DNA from: Chitinophagaceae bacterium
GTDB taxonomy: Bacteria > Bacteroidota > Bacteroidia > Chitinophagales > Chitinophagaceae
NCBI GenBank assembly: GCA_022843585.1
Contig: JALHNJ010000004.1
Span: forward strand, 101,869-165,868
Length of the DNA: 64,000 nucleotides
Reading direction: 5' to 3'
The position numbers and the translations under genes are program-made. Each line of letters opens with the position of its first letter. Position 1 is the first letter of the stretch. The notes beneath the pieces are model-generated. The model was not told the origin of the DNA, did not search any database, and saw only the letters and a program-made list of their open reading frames with translations. Shown piece by piece: positions 1 through 10,169 of this stretch.

Positions 1-1380
1 AAAGAGTTTGGTATTGTAGCCGGTATCAACATTATGTTGCTATTTTTTATTTCGTTGATATTTATTCCTGCTGTTTTAAGTTATTTACCGGCACCAAAAA
101 AACGTCATACAAAATACCTGCATAGCCCAAGATTGAATCGCTGGCTGGATCGCCTGGAAAGATGGTCGCTAAACCATCGCAAACTTATCTATATTGTTAC
201 GGTTGGAATTGTTGCTGTTTCTATAGGAGGAATGTTTAAATTAAAATCGCTAGGCTATATAGTGGATGATTTGCCTAAAACAGATAAACTCTATACGGAC
301 TTACGTTTTTTTGAATCCAATTTTAAAGGGGTAATGCCGCTAGAAATTTTGGTTGATACAAAAAAGAAGTATGGCGTTTCCCGCAACCTTGGTAATCTTG
401 AACGTATTGATTCACTCTCTCAGTTTATAGCTTCCATTCCTGGCATTGCCAAACCGTTAAGCATTACTGAAGGTTTGAAATTTGCCAAACAAGCTTTTTT
501 TGATGGTGATAGCAATAGCTACTCTATGCCTTCCAGTTACGATTTGCCCGCATTATCACAATACTTAAGTATGAAAGGCGATTCAGCCGGAGCAAAAAAT
601 TCATTTGCAAAATTGATTTCCACTTTTATGGATAGCGGGAGGCAGCAGGCCCGTATTAGTGTAAGCATGGCAGATGTAGGAAGTAAACGTTTGCCTACAA
701 TCCTTGACAGCATTCAACAAAGAGCTGAATATTTATTTAACAGAGATAGCATTGAAGCATTGTCAGCTGATGCAGCAACAAAAAACGAACATAAAGATGA
801 TTCATTATGGGGTAAACGAACGCATAATATTCAACTAACAGGCACTAGTGTTACTTTTTTGGAAGGCAGTCATTATATCATCAATGGATTAAAGGATAGT
901 ATTTTCTGGGCCTTTCTGTTGATTGCATTGTGCATGTTATATCTTTTTAAATCTGCCCGGATATTAATTTGTTCATTGATTCCCAATATTATTCCGTTGG
1001 TAATAACAGCGGGGATTATGGGATGGGCAGGCATTGCATTAAAACCATCTACTGTGCTGGTATTTAGTGTGGCACTGGGTATTGCTATTGACGTAACGAT
1101 TCGTTTCTTGGTAAATTACAAACAAGAATTACCAGTATATGATTATGATATGAAGCGAACAGTTATTGAAACGATACACAGTACTGGTATAAGTATCATT
1201 TATACTTCGCTGGTATTAATAGCCGGGTTTATTATTTTTTGCTTTAGTGGATTTGATGGCACCAAAGCTTTAGGATGGTTAACATCGCTTACATTAGTAA
1301 CTGCAACATTTACTAACCTGGTATTGTTACCAGCAATTCTTATTTCATTCGTGAAGATGAAAAAAGAAAAGAAAAAATAA
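1..1380 (+). CDS. MMPL/RND-superfamily membrane exporter, C-terminal part (5' end lies upstream of the window)
   Basis: The frame is open from nt 1 (KEFGIVAGINI precedes the listed Met at 34). It has a TM helix, a ~250-aa soluble loop, then a block of hydrophobic helices (FWAFLLIALCMLYLF, IPNIIPLVITAGIMGW, VFSVALGIAIDVTIRF), as in the second half of MMPL/SSD transporters. Confidence 0.7.
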   Translation, partial: KEFGIVAGINIMLLFFISLIFIPAVLSYLPAPKKRHTKYLHSPRLNRWLDRLERWSLNHRKLIYIVTVGIVAVSIGGMFKLKSLGYIVDDLPKTDKLYTDLRFFESNFKGVMPLEILVDTKKKYGVSRNLGNLERIDSLSQFIASIPGIAKPLSITEGLKFAKQAFFDGDSNSYSMPSSYDLPALSQYLSMKGDSAGAKNSFAKLISTFMDSGRQQARISVSMADVGSKRLPTILDSIQQRAEYLFNRDSIEALSADAATKNEHKDDSLWGKRTHNIQLTGTSVTFLEGSHYIINGLKDSIFWAFLLIALCMLYLFKSARILICSLIPNIIPLVITAGIMGWAGIALKPSTVLVFSVALGIAIDVTIRFLVNYKQELPVYDYDMKRTVIETIHSTGISIIYTSLVLIAGFIIFCFSGFDGTKALGWLTSLTLVTATFTNLVLLPAILISFVKMKKEKKK

Positions 1381-1394
1381 GTTGATCCCAATTA

Positions 1395-2573
1395 CTATTG
1401 TGAAAGTACTTCCTGCAATTTGCTTTCCAATTCCGGGCCTCTTAAGTTTTCAGCAATAATTTTTCCTTGCGGATCTACCAGCACATTATAAGGAATGCCT
1501 TCAATCTTGTATAAAGGAACTACGGGGCTGCTCCAAAATTGCAAGTCACTCACTTGTGTCCACGAAAGTTTATCTTTTTTGATTGCTTCCAACCAGTTAT
1601 CTTTTTGTCCGGGCCTATCCAATGAAACACCAAGAATGGTAAAATTTTTATCTTTGAATTTATTAAACGCTGCCACCACATTTGGATTTTCCTGCCTGCA
1701 TGGGCCACACCAGCTGGCCCAAAAATCAACTAACACATATTTTCCTTTGAAAGAACTAAGCGTTACTTGTTTTCCATTTGCATCGGGTAATGTAAACTCT
1801 GGTGCCTGCTGCCCAATCCAACCTTGTGCTTTAGCTGCTTCTTGTGCTAGTGAATTTTTTATCAAAAGCACTCCCTGATGATCAGGATATTTTACTGATA
1901 GATCATTTACAATTTTTGTTACTTCTTCATTTGCAATTGGCTCTAATTTATAACCCTGATTGTTTGCAGTGCTCTGATAGTAACCCAATACAATCATCGT
2001 TAATGCAGGGTTGTTAGATTTTGCAATTGCATCGTTAGCCAGACTTTTTGTTTCTGCCCCTAACTGTGCCCTTTCTACTTGTAATGCAAGCAGCGTACTA
2101 TCTGAAGCACCGTTTTTTTGCAGACTATCCGTCTTTATATCGTTTCTATAGATAGATTGCAGCTTATTGTTAAAGGCGTAAATAAAATCTTTCATCTGGC
2201 TGCTGGCCTCAGAACCCTTCACTTCATAATTCTCTAAAAATTTTGGATTTTCTTTATTCAAGGTAATATTAACCGTAATTTTTGACGCATCATTAATTAC
2301 ATCAGCCAGTTGTGAAGAATTATTATCAACCCGTAAGCTATAAATTCTTGCTTCTTCCGTAGTTGTTCTTAAAATAAATTTCCCATCCTTGCCTATTACG
2401 GCAGAATCAACTGCCATACGCTGCATAGTGGCCATTGGCATTTCATCCAGGTAAACGGTTTTATAGGTATTATTGATAATAGTCCCGTTTACTTCAAATA
2501 TTTTTCCGCTGGATTTGTCTTTACAAGAAACTAATAACACTACTACTGTCAATATCAAAAATATCTTCTTCAT
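1395..2573 (-). CDS. TlpA-like thiol:disulfide oxidoreductase (thioredoxin fold), lipoprotein
   Basis: WASWCGPC active-site motif in the C-terminal ~150 aa. N-terminal signal peptide with a lipobox-like LLVSC. The long N-terminal extension is typical of Bacteroidota TlpA/ResA-like proteins. Confidence 0.85.
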   Translation of the reverse strand: MKKIFLILTVVVLLVSCKDKSSGKIFEVNGTIINNTYKTVYLDEMPMATMQRMAVDSAVIGKDGKFILRTTTEEARIYSLRVDNNSSQLADVINDASKITVNITLNKENPKFLENYEVKGSEASSQMKDFIYAFNNKLQSIYRNDIKTDSLQKNGASDSTLLALQVERAQLGAETKSLANDAIAKSNNPALTMIVLGYYQSTANNQGYKLEPIANEEVTKIVNDLSVKYPDHQGVLLIKNSLAQEAAKAQGWIGQQAPEFTLPDANGKQVTLSSFKGKYVLVDFWASWCGPCRQENPNVVAAFNKFKDKNFTILGVSLDRPGQKDNWLEAIKKDKLSWTQVSDLQFWSSPVVPLYKIEGIPYNVLVDPQGKIIAENLRGPELESKLQEVLSQ

Positions 2574-2589
2574 TTTATCTTATTTGCAA

Positions 2590-4038
2590 TTATGATTTTA
2601 ATTTCTCCATTATTAATTCGTTGGTCTTTTTAGGATCGGCTTTCCCTTTTGATTGCTTCATTACTTCTCCCACAAATAAAGCCAGCAAACCCTTTTTACC
2701 TTTTTTATATTCTACTACTTTATCCGCAAATTTCGCCAACACACTGTCAATAACTGGTCCGATAGCCGACACATCTGATTCTTGCAACAGGTTTTGCTCT
2801 ACTGCAATCTGTTCCGGACTTACTGATGGATTGGTAAGCATTTGTTGAAATATTTTTCCAGATGCAATAGAAAAACTAACCTTACCACTATCCACCAATG
2901 CAATCAAAGAACCAAGTTGCTGTGCAGACAATGGAAAATCTTCTGGTGGTTTATTATTTTCATTGAGCCATGTTTTAACCGGACCTGACATCCAGTTAGC
3001 GGCAGACTTATAATTAGTTGTATGCTGAATCAGGTTTTCGAAATAATCAGCAAATGATCTTTCTTCTGTTAAGACCGCCGCATCATATGCTGAAAGTTGC
3101 AAACGGGTTGTGTACTCTTTTATTCTTTGCTCGGGTAATGCGGGAATAGAAGTTCGTATTTTTTCTATCAACTCATCTTGCAAATGAAATGGAGTAAGAT
3201 CGGGTTCAGCAAAATACCTGTAATCGTCCGCATCTTCCTTATCACGGATGGCAAATGTAGCATTTGCATTGGCATCAAAACTTCTTGTTTGCTGAATAAT
3301 AGTTCCGTCTTCTTCCAGTATTTCAATCAGCCGTTTTGATTCAATTTCGATTGCTCTTTTTACATTACGTACCGAGTTTAGATTTTTTACTTCTACTCTT
3401 GTACCCAATTTGGTTGCCCCTTTTATGCGAACAGAAATATTTGCATCGCATCGAAGACTTCCTTCTTCCATATTGCCATCGCAAATTTCTAAGTAACGAA
3501 CTAGTTTTCTTATTTCTGTTACATAAGCGAATGCTTCTTCACCGCTGCGCAAGTCAGGTTCACTTACAATTTCAATTAACGGAGTACCTGCCCGGTTGTA
3601 ATCAACGCAGGTGTTTTTCTCATCTACATCATGGATACTTTTTCCGGCATCTTCTTCTAAATGTATCCTGGTAAGCCGGATTTGTTTTTCCTGTCCGTCT
3701 ATTTTAATTTTTACTTCGCCGTTTTTGCATATAGGTGTGGTATGTTGCGAAACCTGGTAACCTTTTGGTAAATCCGGATAGAAATAATTTTTACGGGCAA
3801 AGTAATTATGCCTTTCGATTTCGCAGCCGCATGCCAGTCCCATTTTTACAGCAAACTCAATTGCTTTTTTGTTCATTTTGGGTAATGTGCCGGGATGACC
3901 TAATGTAATAGGGCTTACATGTGTGTTTGGTTCGGCACCAAATGCGATACTATCACCACAGAATAATTTGCTTAGGGTAAGCAATTGTGCATGTACTTCA
4001 AGCCCTATTACCACCTCGTATTTGCTATAATCTGCCAT
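2590..4038 (-). CDS. gatB: Asp-tRNA(Asn)/Glu-tRNA(Gln) amidotransferase subunit B
   Basis: Full-length match to the GatB pattern (YEVVIGLEVHAQL, GHPGTLP, RIHLEEDAGK, C-terminal GatB/YqeY domain). I place the start at the ATG at 4038 (MADYSKYE) rather than the track start at 4065. Confidence 0.95.
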   Translation of the reverse strand: MADYSKYEVVIGLEVHAQLLTLSKLFCGDSIAFGAEPNTHVSPITLGHPGTLPKMNKKAIEFAVKMGLACGCEIERHNYFARKNYFYPDLPKGYQVSQHTTPICKNGEVKIKIDGQEKQIRLTRIHLEEDAGKSIHDVDEKNTCVDYNRAGTPLIEIVSEPDLRSGEEAFAYVTEIRKLVRYLEICDGNMEEGSLRCDANISVRIKGATKLGTRVEVKNLNSVRNVKRAIEIESKRLIEILEEDGTIIQQTRSFDANANATFAIRDKEDADDYRYFAEPDLTPFHLQDELIEKIRTSIPALPEQRIKEYTTRLQLSAYDAAVLTEERSFADYFENLIQHTTNYKSAANWMSGPVKTWLNENNKPPEDFPLSAQQLGSLIALVDSGKVSFSIASGKIFQQMLTNPSVSPEQIAVEQNLLQESDVSAIGPVIDSVLAKFADKVVEYKKGKKGLLALFVGEVMKQSKGKADPKKTNELIMEKLKS

Positions 4039-4051
4039 ACTTATAAGTCGG

Positions 4052-4059
4052 CAAAAATA
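4052..4059 (-). promoter_or_regulatory. Candidate Bacteroidota -7 promoter element (TAttTTTG) upstream of gatB
   Basis: The reverse complement of caaaaata is TATTTTTG, an exact TAnnTTTG match. It sits 13 nt upstream of the gatB ATG. Confidence 0.35.
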
Positions 4060-4099
4060 GCCCATTTAGTTTATCCTTAGTTGTGTATTCTGTTAAAGG

Positions 4100-4130
4100 C
4101 AAATGCCTCTGCATATAGCAAAGGCATTTG
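4100..4130 (-). terminator. Hairpin downstream of the PDZ-protein gene
   Basis: Perfect 9-bp inverted repeat caaatgcct (4100-4108) / aggcatttg (4122-4130) with a 13-nt loop, just after the stop at 4153 on the - strand. The trailing U-tract is weak. Confidence 0.45.
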
Positions 4131-4152
4131 AACACACACAAGAGAAAGCTAT

Positions 4153-5163
4153 TTACAGGTCGGCTGTTTTTATTTTTTTCGGCATTTTTACTTCTACATT
4201 TTGTGTTTTACCGGCACGGAGCAGTTTCACCATAATGGAAGTTTTTTCTTTACTCTCCCTTATCATTTTTACCATTTCATCAGTAGAATTAATGGCTTTG
4301 CCATCTACTTCAGTTATCACATCGTCATTTTTTACACCAGCTTTTGCAGCATTGCTCTCGTCATCCACTTCAATTACTTTAACGCCTTTACCATCATCTG
4401 TATCTTGTACAGACAAGCCTAGTTTAGGATTGCCGCCAGACCAGCTCCAGTTTTGGCCAAAAGGTGAGGCCACACGGGGAACCCCTTGTATTCTAGGCAT
4501 TACATTATCAAGATTCAAATCAAAAGATTTTGTAACACCCTTCCATTTAGTTAGTTCAGCCGTTGCTTTTTGCTCTTTTTTATCTCTTAAATAAGTAACA
4601 GCTACTTTGTCGCCGGGCTTATGCTCCCGGATAGCTTTTGAAAGCTCATCGGGAGTAACAATTTTCTTATCATCAATTTTTGTGATGATATCGCCTTCTT
4701 TCAATCCAATTTTTTCTGCGCTGCTTTCCTTGGTAACATCATTAACCAATACGCCACCTTCAGTTTCTTCGGTAGTTACACCAAGCATAGCATGGTTAGC
4801 ATCAGACGAAAACATTCTGTATCCGTTCTTTTCATCAAACTGAAAAGCATCACCAACAACAGAATATTTGTTAGTCAAAGCATTATAGTCTCTTACTTTG
4901 GTTGACCGTACTGTTACATCGCCATCTTTATATTCCTCAACAGGTTTACCGTTCACGGTAACTTTATCGCCAACAATTTCTACCACTATCTTTTCATCCT
5001 TTCCAGATTTGTTAGTGATAATAAATTGGCGAACTTCTTTTTTTTCTTTTACTTCTTTGTCGCCCTTATCCCCTTTTTCACCTGGCTGTGCCAGCAATGA
5101 TGCTGGAGCCAGCAATGCAACCGCTACGATCAAAGCGGATAATTTAACCCATGTCTTTTTCAT
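4153..5163 (-). CDS. Periplasmic protein with two PDZ domains
   Basis: Signal peptide (LIVAVALLAPASLLAQ), a Lys/Glu-rich linker, and two PDZ-like segments (GLKEGDIITKIDDKKI, AGVKNDDVITEVDGKAI). No protease domain is visible. Confidence 0.75.
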   Translation of the reverse strand: MKKTWVKLSALIVAVALLAPASLLAQPGEKGDKGDKEVKEKKEVRQFIITNKSGKDEKIVVEIVGDKVTVNGKPVEEYKDGDVTVRSTKVRDYNALTNKYSVVGDAFQFDEKNGYRMFSSDANHAMLGVTTEETEGGVLVNDVTKESSAEKIGLKEGDIITKIDDKKIVTPDELSKAIREHKPGDKVAVTYLRDKKEQKATAELTKWKGVTKSFDLNLDNVMPRIQGVPRVASPFGQNWSWSGGNPKLGLSVQDTDDGKGVKVIEVDDESNAAKAGVKNDDVITEVDGKAINSTDEMVKMIRESKEKTSIMVKLLRAGKTQNVEVKMPKKIKTADL

Positions 5164-5276
5164 AAATAATTTTTTATTTTTTTAACTACGTTGAGTTTCG
5201 TAGTTCAAATATAAGGACATTTTTTAGAATACGAAACGTTTCGGAAATGTTAAATGACGGTACTTCTCCAAAGGCT

Positions 5277-5795
5277 TTATTGCTGGATAAGCGGATTGAT
5301 GGCTTCATAGGTTTTGGCGGGGTGATCATCCACTATTTCTTCCCGGATGTATTGCATTCCGCACTTTTCCAATACCCGGATAGAAGCTATGTTTTGTGGC
5401 ATAGCCCGACCTGTAATCTTTTCAAGGCCAAGCTTTTCGAATCCATATTTTAAAGAGGCAAATGCGGCTTCTGTAGCATAACCCTTGCCCCAGGAAGATT
5501 TTAAAAACCGGTATCCGAGATCTACTTCGTTTCTTTCGGGCCGGGTTTTTAAACCGCACCATCCGATAAATTCCAGGTCGGGTTTTGTATGTACGGCCCA
5601 GCGGCCATGGTTATATAATGCATATTGAGGAAGTATGGTTTGCTCCAGCACCTGCTTTGCATGCTCCACATCTTTTATCGGATCGCCGGTATAGCGAATT
5701 ACATCGGGGTCGAGATTAAGGTTGTATACCAACTCCGCATCATCCAATGTGAAAGTTCTGAGTAGTAATCTTTCTGTTTCAATTATAACATTCAT
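5277..5795 (-). CDS. GNAT family N-acetyltransferase (RimJ/RimL-like)
   Basis: ETERLLLRTFTLDDA at the N-terminus and a GKGYATEA acetyl-CoA-binding motif. The 172-aa length is typical. Confidence 0.8.
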   Translation of the reverse strand: MNVIIETERLLLRTFTLDDAELVYNLNLDPDVIRYTGDPIKDVEHAKQVLEQTILPQYALYNHGRWAVHTKPDLEFIGWCGLKTRPERNEVDLGYRFLKSSWGKGYATEAAFASLKYGFEKLGLEKITGRAMPQNIASIRVLEKCGMQYIREEIVDDHPAKTYEAINPLIQQ

Positions 5796-5900
5796 GGTTA
5801 CACTAAGTCAGTATTTTTACTAACCGGAAAGTGGTATTGTCTAAGATTTTAAAAAGCAGACTTTTGAACTCTTGTTATTTCAAAAACCTGGACTGTTTTT

Positions 5901-6023
5901 ATGGACTACCTTATAGCTGGTATTATTGTTATCGTTTGCATTGTTGCCATTGTATTATCCCTTCGGGTTTTGCAAGACTCCCGTAAACTAGGCCCTAAAA
6001 AAACAGATGAGGAAGAAGATTAA
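5901..6023 (+). CDS. Possible 40-aa single-pass membrane peptide (not in the ORF track)
   Basis: The ATG at 5901 to the TAA at 6021-6023 encodes MDYLIAGIIVIVCIVAIVLSLRVLQDSRKLGPKKTDEEED, a hydrophobic helix with a charged tail. It fills an otherwise empty 246-bp gap. There is no homology evidence. Confidence 0.25.
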   Translation: MDYLIAGIIVIVCIVAIVLSLRVLQDSRKLGPKKTDEEED

Positions 6024-6041
6024 ATCCTCCTTTATTATTAT

Positions 6042-8750
6042 TTATAGCAATAGCTTTTTCACTGCATCAATTACTTGCTGTAGCTTGCTTGCATCTTGTC
6101 CGCCGGCTGTAGCCAATGTTTTTTGACCGCCGCCGCCGCCTTTTATTAATGGTGCTACTATTTCTTTAATAATTTTTCCTGCATCCAGTTTTTTAGCAGC
6201 TACCACAGTATCTGAAATACCAACAGCAATAAATGGTTTGCCGCCAATGTTTACGCAAAGTACTGCTACATGATCCCGTAAATGATTTTTTAGATCAAAG
6301 CAGAGTTTCTTTAACGCATCAGCATTGCTTACTTCAATAATATCTCCAACAAAGTTTACTCCGTTGATGATCTCATCTTTTTGTAGCAATTCGTTACGGA
6401 TGCCCACTAACTGCCGGGCTTCCATTGAATCCACTTGCCTTTTTAAATCGCTATTCTCCGCCTGCAGATTTTCTATTGCTTTTTGTAAGTCCTTTGGATT
6501 CTTTAATAATTCGCCAAGGCTATTAATGATGGCTAATTTGTTATTGATATATTCTTCTGCCCGCTTCCCACAAACTGCTTCAACCCTGCGAACACCAGCA
6601 GCTACGGCAGATTCGCTGGTTAGTTTAAAAAATCCTAATTCACCGGTTGCACCAACATGGGTGCCGCCGCACAGTTCAATTGAGTAGTTAGGATCGATAA
6701 TTACTACTCTTACCACATCGCCATATTTTTCACCGAAGAGTGCCATTGCACCCAGCTTCATTGCTTCGTCTTTCGGCAATTGCTTGATGACAACCGGAAT
6801 ATTCTCCCGGATCTTTTCATTTACTATGGATTCTACTTTAGCAATTTCTTCATCGGTTACTTTAGAGAAATGAGAAAAATCGAAACGTAAATTTTCTTCA
6901 TTCACCATGGAACCTTTTTGCGCCACATGGTTGCCCAATACTTTTCTTAATGCCGCATGCAGTAAGTGAGTAGCAGAGTGATGCAGTTCTGTATTCTTTC
7001 TTTTTGAAGCATCTACTTTGGCAATTACTTCGCCGGAAAGATCATCAGGAATTGACTCAGCAAAATGAATAATGAGATCATTGTCTTTTTTAGTGTCGAC
7101 TACAGTGAATGAGGAGTTGTCAATAGTTAATACGCCTCTGTCACCAACCTGTCCGCCGCTTTCTGCGTAAAAAGGAGTTGCATCTAATACGATTTGATAC
7201 AGTTCTTTTCCTTTTGCTTTTACTTTTCTGTATTTAAGCACAGAAGCTTTTGCTTCTAAAGAATCGTAGCCAACAAATTTGTTGGAGCCGTCTTTTAAAA
7301 TAATCCAATCGCCTGCATCTATTGTTCCTGCGGAACGGGAACGGTTTTTTTGTTTTTGCATTTCGATTTCGAAACCTGCCATATCAACTGACCATCCAAT
7401 TTCTCTCGTCATTAGCTGAGTTAAATCAATGGGAAAGCCATAAGTATCATATAATTCAAACGCCATTTCCCCAGGGATTGTATAAACCTTTGAAGCTGCT
7501 TCCTGCATTTTTGAATGGGGGTCAATTTCCCTAAAATCAACTCCCCGGTTATCTTCAGGGAAATTTTCAAGAACCTCATGAATCTTAGATTCATAGAATT
7601 CATTAAATCTTTTCAAGCCTTTCTCCAATGTCCTCAAAAACGCATCTTCTTCCTCCTTCACCACTTTACTTACAAAATCAACCTGCATATATAACTCGGG
7701 AAATACATTGTCAAATTGTTTTGCGAGCACAGGCACTAACTGTGTAAGCAATGGTTGTTTATAATCTAAATAAGAATAATAATATCGAACCGCCCGCCGA
7801 AGGATACGACGAATAACATAGCCAGCACCTGTATTAGAAGGAAGCTGTCCATCTGCAATAGTAAAACTGATTGCACGGATATGGTCTGCAATTACACGAA
7901 AAGCCACAGCCTCTTTGCTCTCCCCCCGGTCATACTTTTTACCTGTAATTTTCTCTGTTGATTCAATAGTTCCTGAGAAAATATCGGTGTCATAATTGGA
8001 TGTTTTTCCCTGTAATACCCGTACTAATCTTTCTAATCCCATTCCGGTGTCTACATGAGTTGCAGGTAAAGGCTCTAGGCTACCGTCTTTCTTTCTATTA
8101 AACTGAATAAATACATTATTCCAGATTTCAATCACCTGCGGATGATCTTTATTTATCAGCAGATGACCCGGTATTTTGTTCCTTTCTTCATCGGTTCTGC
8201 AGTCCACATGTATTTCGCTGCAAGGGCCGCAAGGACCTGTGTCGCCCATTTCCCAAAAATTATCTTTCTTATTTCCAAATATTATATGATCGTCGGGCAG
8301 ATAATCTTTCCATTTTGCCAATGCTATTTTGGATGCCGGGATACCTTCTTTTTCGTCGCCTTCAAATACAGTGGCATATAACCTGTCCGGAGATATCTTA
8401 TAAACATTTGCCAGTAATTCCCAACTCCAGCTTATGGCTTCATGTTTAAAATAATCTCCAAAGCTCCAGTTGCCCAACATTTCAAACATAGTATGATGGT
8501 AGGTATCTACACCTACCTCTTCCAAGTCGTTATGCTTACCACTAACCCGAAGGCATTTTTGTGTATCGGCCACTCTTCCATATGGAGGCAATTTATTGCC
8601 AAGAAAGTAATCTTTAAATTGATTCATCCCGGCGTTCGTAAACATAAGCGTTGGATCATCTTTTACTATTATCGGTGCCGATTGAACAATGGCATGTCCT
8701 TTGGAACGGAAAAAATCAAGAAAAGCCTGTCGTATATCTGCGCTGGTCAT
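6042..8750 (-). CDS. alaS: Alanine--tRNA ligase
   Basis: Canonical AlaRS N-terminus (IRQAFLDFFRSKGH, FTNAGMNQFK), an editing domain with HSATHLLHAAL and CGGTHV, and a C-terminal DHHA1-like GGGGGQ region. Confidence 0.97.
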   Translation of the reverse strand: MTSADIRQAFLDFFRSKGHAIVQSAPIIVKDDPTLMFTNAGMNQFKDYFLGNKLPPYGRVADTQKCLRVSGKHNDLEEVGVDTYHHTMFEMLGNWSFGDYFKHEAISWSWELLANVYKISPDRLYATVFEGDEKEGIPASKIALAKWKDYLPDDHIIFGNKKDNFWEMGDTGPCGPCSEIHVDCRTDEERNKIPGHLLINKDHPQVIEIWNNVFIQFNRKKDGSLEPLPATHVDTGMGLERLVRVLQGKTSNYDTDIFSGTIESTEKITGKKYDRGESKEAVAFRVIADHIRAISFTIADGQLPSNTGAGYVIRRILRRAVRYYYSYLDYKQPLLTQLVPVLAKQFDNVFPELYMQVDFVSKVVKEEEDAFLRTLEKGLKRFNEFYESKIHEVLENFPEDNRGVDFREIDPHSKMQEAASKVYTIPGEMAFELYDTYGFPIDLTQLMTREIGWSVDMAGFEIEMQKQKNRSRSAGTIDAGDWIILKDGSNKFVGYDSLEAKASVLKYRKVKAKGKELYQIVLDATPFYAESGGQVGDRGVLTIDNSSFTVVDTKKDNDLIIHFAESIPDDLSGEVIAKVDASKRKNTELHHSATHLLHAALRKVLGNHVAQKGSMVNEENLRFDFSHFSKVTDEEIAKVESIVNEKIRENIPVVIKQLPKDEAMKLGAMALFGEKYGDVVRVVIIDPNYSIELCGGTHVGATGELGFFKLTSESAVAAGVRRVEAVCGKRAEEYINNKLAIINSLGELLKNPKDLQKAIENLQAENSDLKRQVDSMEARQLVGIRNELLQKDEIINGVNFVGDIIEVSNADALKKLCFDLKNHLRDHVAVLCVNIGGKPFIAVGISDTVVAAKKLDAGKIIKEIVAPLIKGGGGGQKTLATAGGQDASKLQQVIDAVKKLLL

Positions 8751-9003
8751 TAGAGAGTTTCGAGTTTTTAGTTGGTGGTTTGTAGTTGCTTATAGCCCAA
8801 AGAGATTGATTGAAAATAGGACTGCTGTAATAAAAGACTATTCGGTGAATTGCTGACACTTCGAAAATGCCCAGTAGAATTACTGAACGAAGAAGTGAGT
8901 GACACAAGGGACGATGATAGTAGTACTACAGCCGGTAACATAATTGTCTTTTCTATTAATAATCAATCTGCTAAGTTGGGTTGATTTTTGTGGTTTATCG
9001 GAC

Positions 9004-9011
9004 TATATTTG
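9004..9011 (+). promoter_or_regulatory. Candidate -7 promoter element (TAtaTTTG) upstream of the M23 peptidase gene
   Basis: Exact TAnnTTTG match ~80 nt upstream of the ATG at 9091. The nearest upstream TTTG (8987-8990) has a non-canonical 13-nt spacer. Confidence 0.3.
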
Positions 9012-9012
9012 T

Positions 9013-9036
9013 CAACCCCCTAAAGCGGGGCAAAGG
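9013..9036. repeat. Intergenic CCCCTAAAG-type motif, copy A
   Basis: The sequence is caaCCCCCTAAAGCGGGGcaaagg. CCCC and GGGG can pair around a 6-nt loop. Confidence 0.5.
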
Positions 9037-9090
9037 TAATTTATTCAAGCCGCATTTGTACCCCCTGAGACTGGTTAACGGCAATTGCTC

Positions 9091-10062
9091 ATGAAGAAAA
9101 TAAAGTATTACTATAATACGAATACGCTTCGCTACGAAAAACTGGAGACGCCGCTGCGGGTTAGATTGCTGCGGGTTTTTGGGTTTATAGCTGCTGCCCT
9201 TGTTACTGCTGCTTTGATCTCGTTTGTGGCTTTTCAATTTATCGGTTCGCCCAAAGAAAAGATCCTGGAACAGCAGAATAGAGCGATGCGGGAAAATTAT
9301 AAAGAACTGGATGAAGAGCTGAACTCAGTACAAAAGCAAATGAAGGAGCTGGAAAAAAGAGACAATGATGTGTACCGGGCCATTTTTGAAGCCAATCCAA
9401 TACCGGATAGTGCCAGAGCTAAAGAACTGGAAGAAAAACTGGAGATCGCTACAGTAGAAAGAATAAAGGATAATCAATTGGTAGCTTCTATTACCAATAC
9501 ACTAAATAATTTGATGAGCCGGATAGCGGCACAAAAAAAATCGTACGATGAAGTGGATGAGCTGGTAAAGAATAAAGAAAAATTATTATCGCATACTCCC
9601 GCCATTCAACCGGTGAGTAATAAAGACCTCAACAGAATTGCATCTGGCTATGGTTATCGTATTGACCCGGTGTATAAAACCACAAAGTTTCATGCAGGGC
9701 TTGATTTTTCTGCACCACAGGGAACACCTATTTATGCAACGGCTGATGGTGTAGTATCAACAGCAGGTAGCACTGGTAATGGTTATGGCAACCATGTTAT
9801 CATTAATCATAGCTATGGATACGAAACTTTATACGGGCACATGGTGAGAGTGAAAGTGAAAAATGGCCAGGCCATCAAACGTGGCGAAGTGATTGGTTGG
9901 GTAGGCAGTACCGGAAAATCTACCGGACCACACTGCCACTATGAAGTACACAAGAATGGTGAAAAAATAAATCCTATTTACTTCTTCTTTAATGACCTTA
10001 CTCCGGAGCAATTTGATTTGTTGCTGAAGAAAGCGGCTGCGAGTAATCAGAGCCTGGATTAA
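9091..10062 (+). CDS. M23 family metallopeptidase with N-terminal TM and coiled-coil region
   Basis: HAGLDF, HVIINH and STGPHCHYEV motifs of LytM/M23 peptidases. The first ATG is at 9091; the track start at 9085 is a TTG. Confidence 0.85.
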   Translation: MKKIKYYYNTNTLRYEKLETPLRVRLLRVFGFIAAALVTAALISFVAFQFIGSPKEKILEQQNRAMRENYKELDEELNSVQKQMKELEKRDNDVYRAIFEANPIPDSARAKELEEKLEIATVERIKDNQLVASITNTLNNLMSRIAAQKKSYDEVDELVKNKEKLLSHTPAIQPVSNKDLNRIASGYGYRIDPVYKTTKFHAGLDFSAPQGTPIYATADGVVSTAGSTGNGYGNHVIINHSYGYETLYGHMVRVKVKNGQAIKRGEVIGWVGSTGKSTGPHCHYEVHKNGEKINPIYFFFNDLTPEQFDLLLKKAAASNQSLD

Positions 10063-10081
10063 AGCCCCTGTCCCCTAAAGG
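10059..10081. repeat. Intergenic CCCCTAAAG-type motif, copy B
   Basis: The sequence is ttAAAGCCCCTGTCCCCTAAAGG and overlaps the M23 stop codon (10060-10062). Confidence 0.5.
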
Positions 10082-10169
10082 AAAACTTAGGCCAATGAAT
10101 CATTATGCTTTTTATAAAGTTTATAGTATTTAGTTTTTTAATTGCTTTTACCAAAAGTGAATTTTGCAA

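Noticed and set aside
5232-5243. The perfect 12-nt palindrome CGAAACGTTTCG upstream of the PDZ-protein gene, and a nearby 7-bp hairpin (aactacg/cgtagtt).
   Set aside because: Perfect 6+6 palindromes are expected many times by chance in 64 kb. No second copy or operator-like arrangement was seen, and the hairpin lacks a U-tract in the orientation needed for the upstream GNAT gene.
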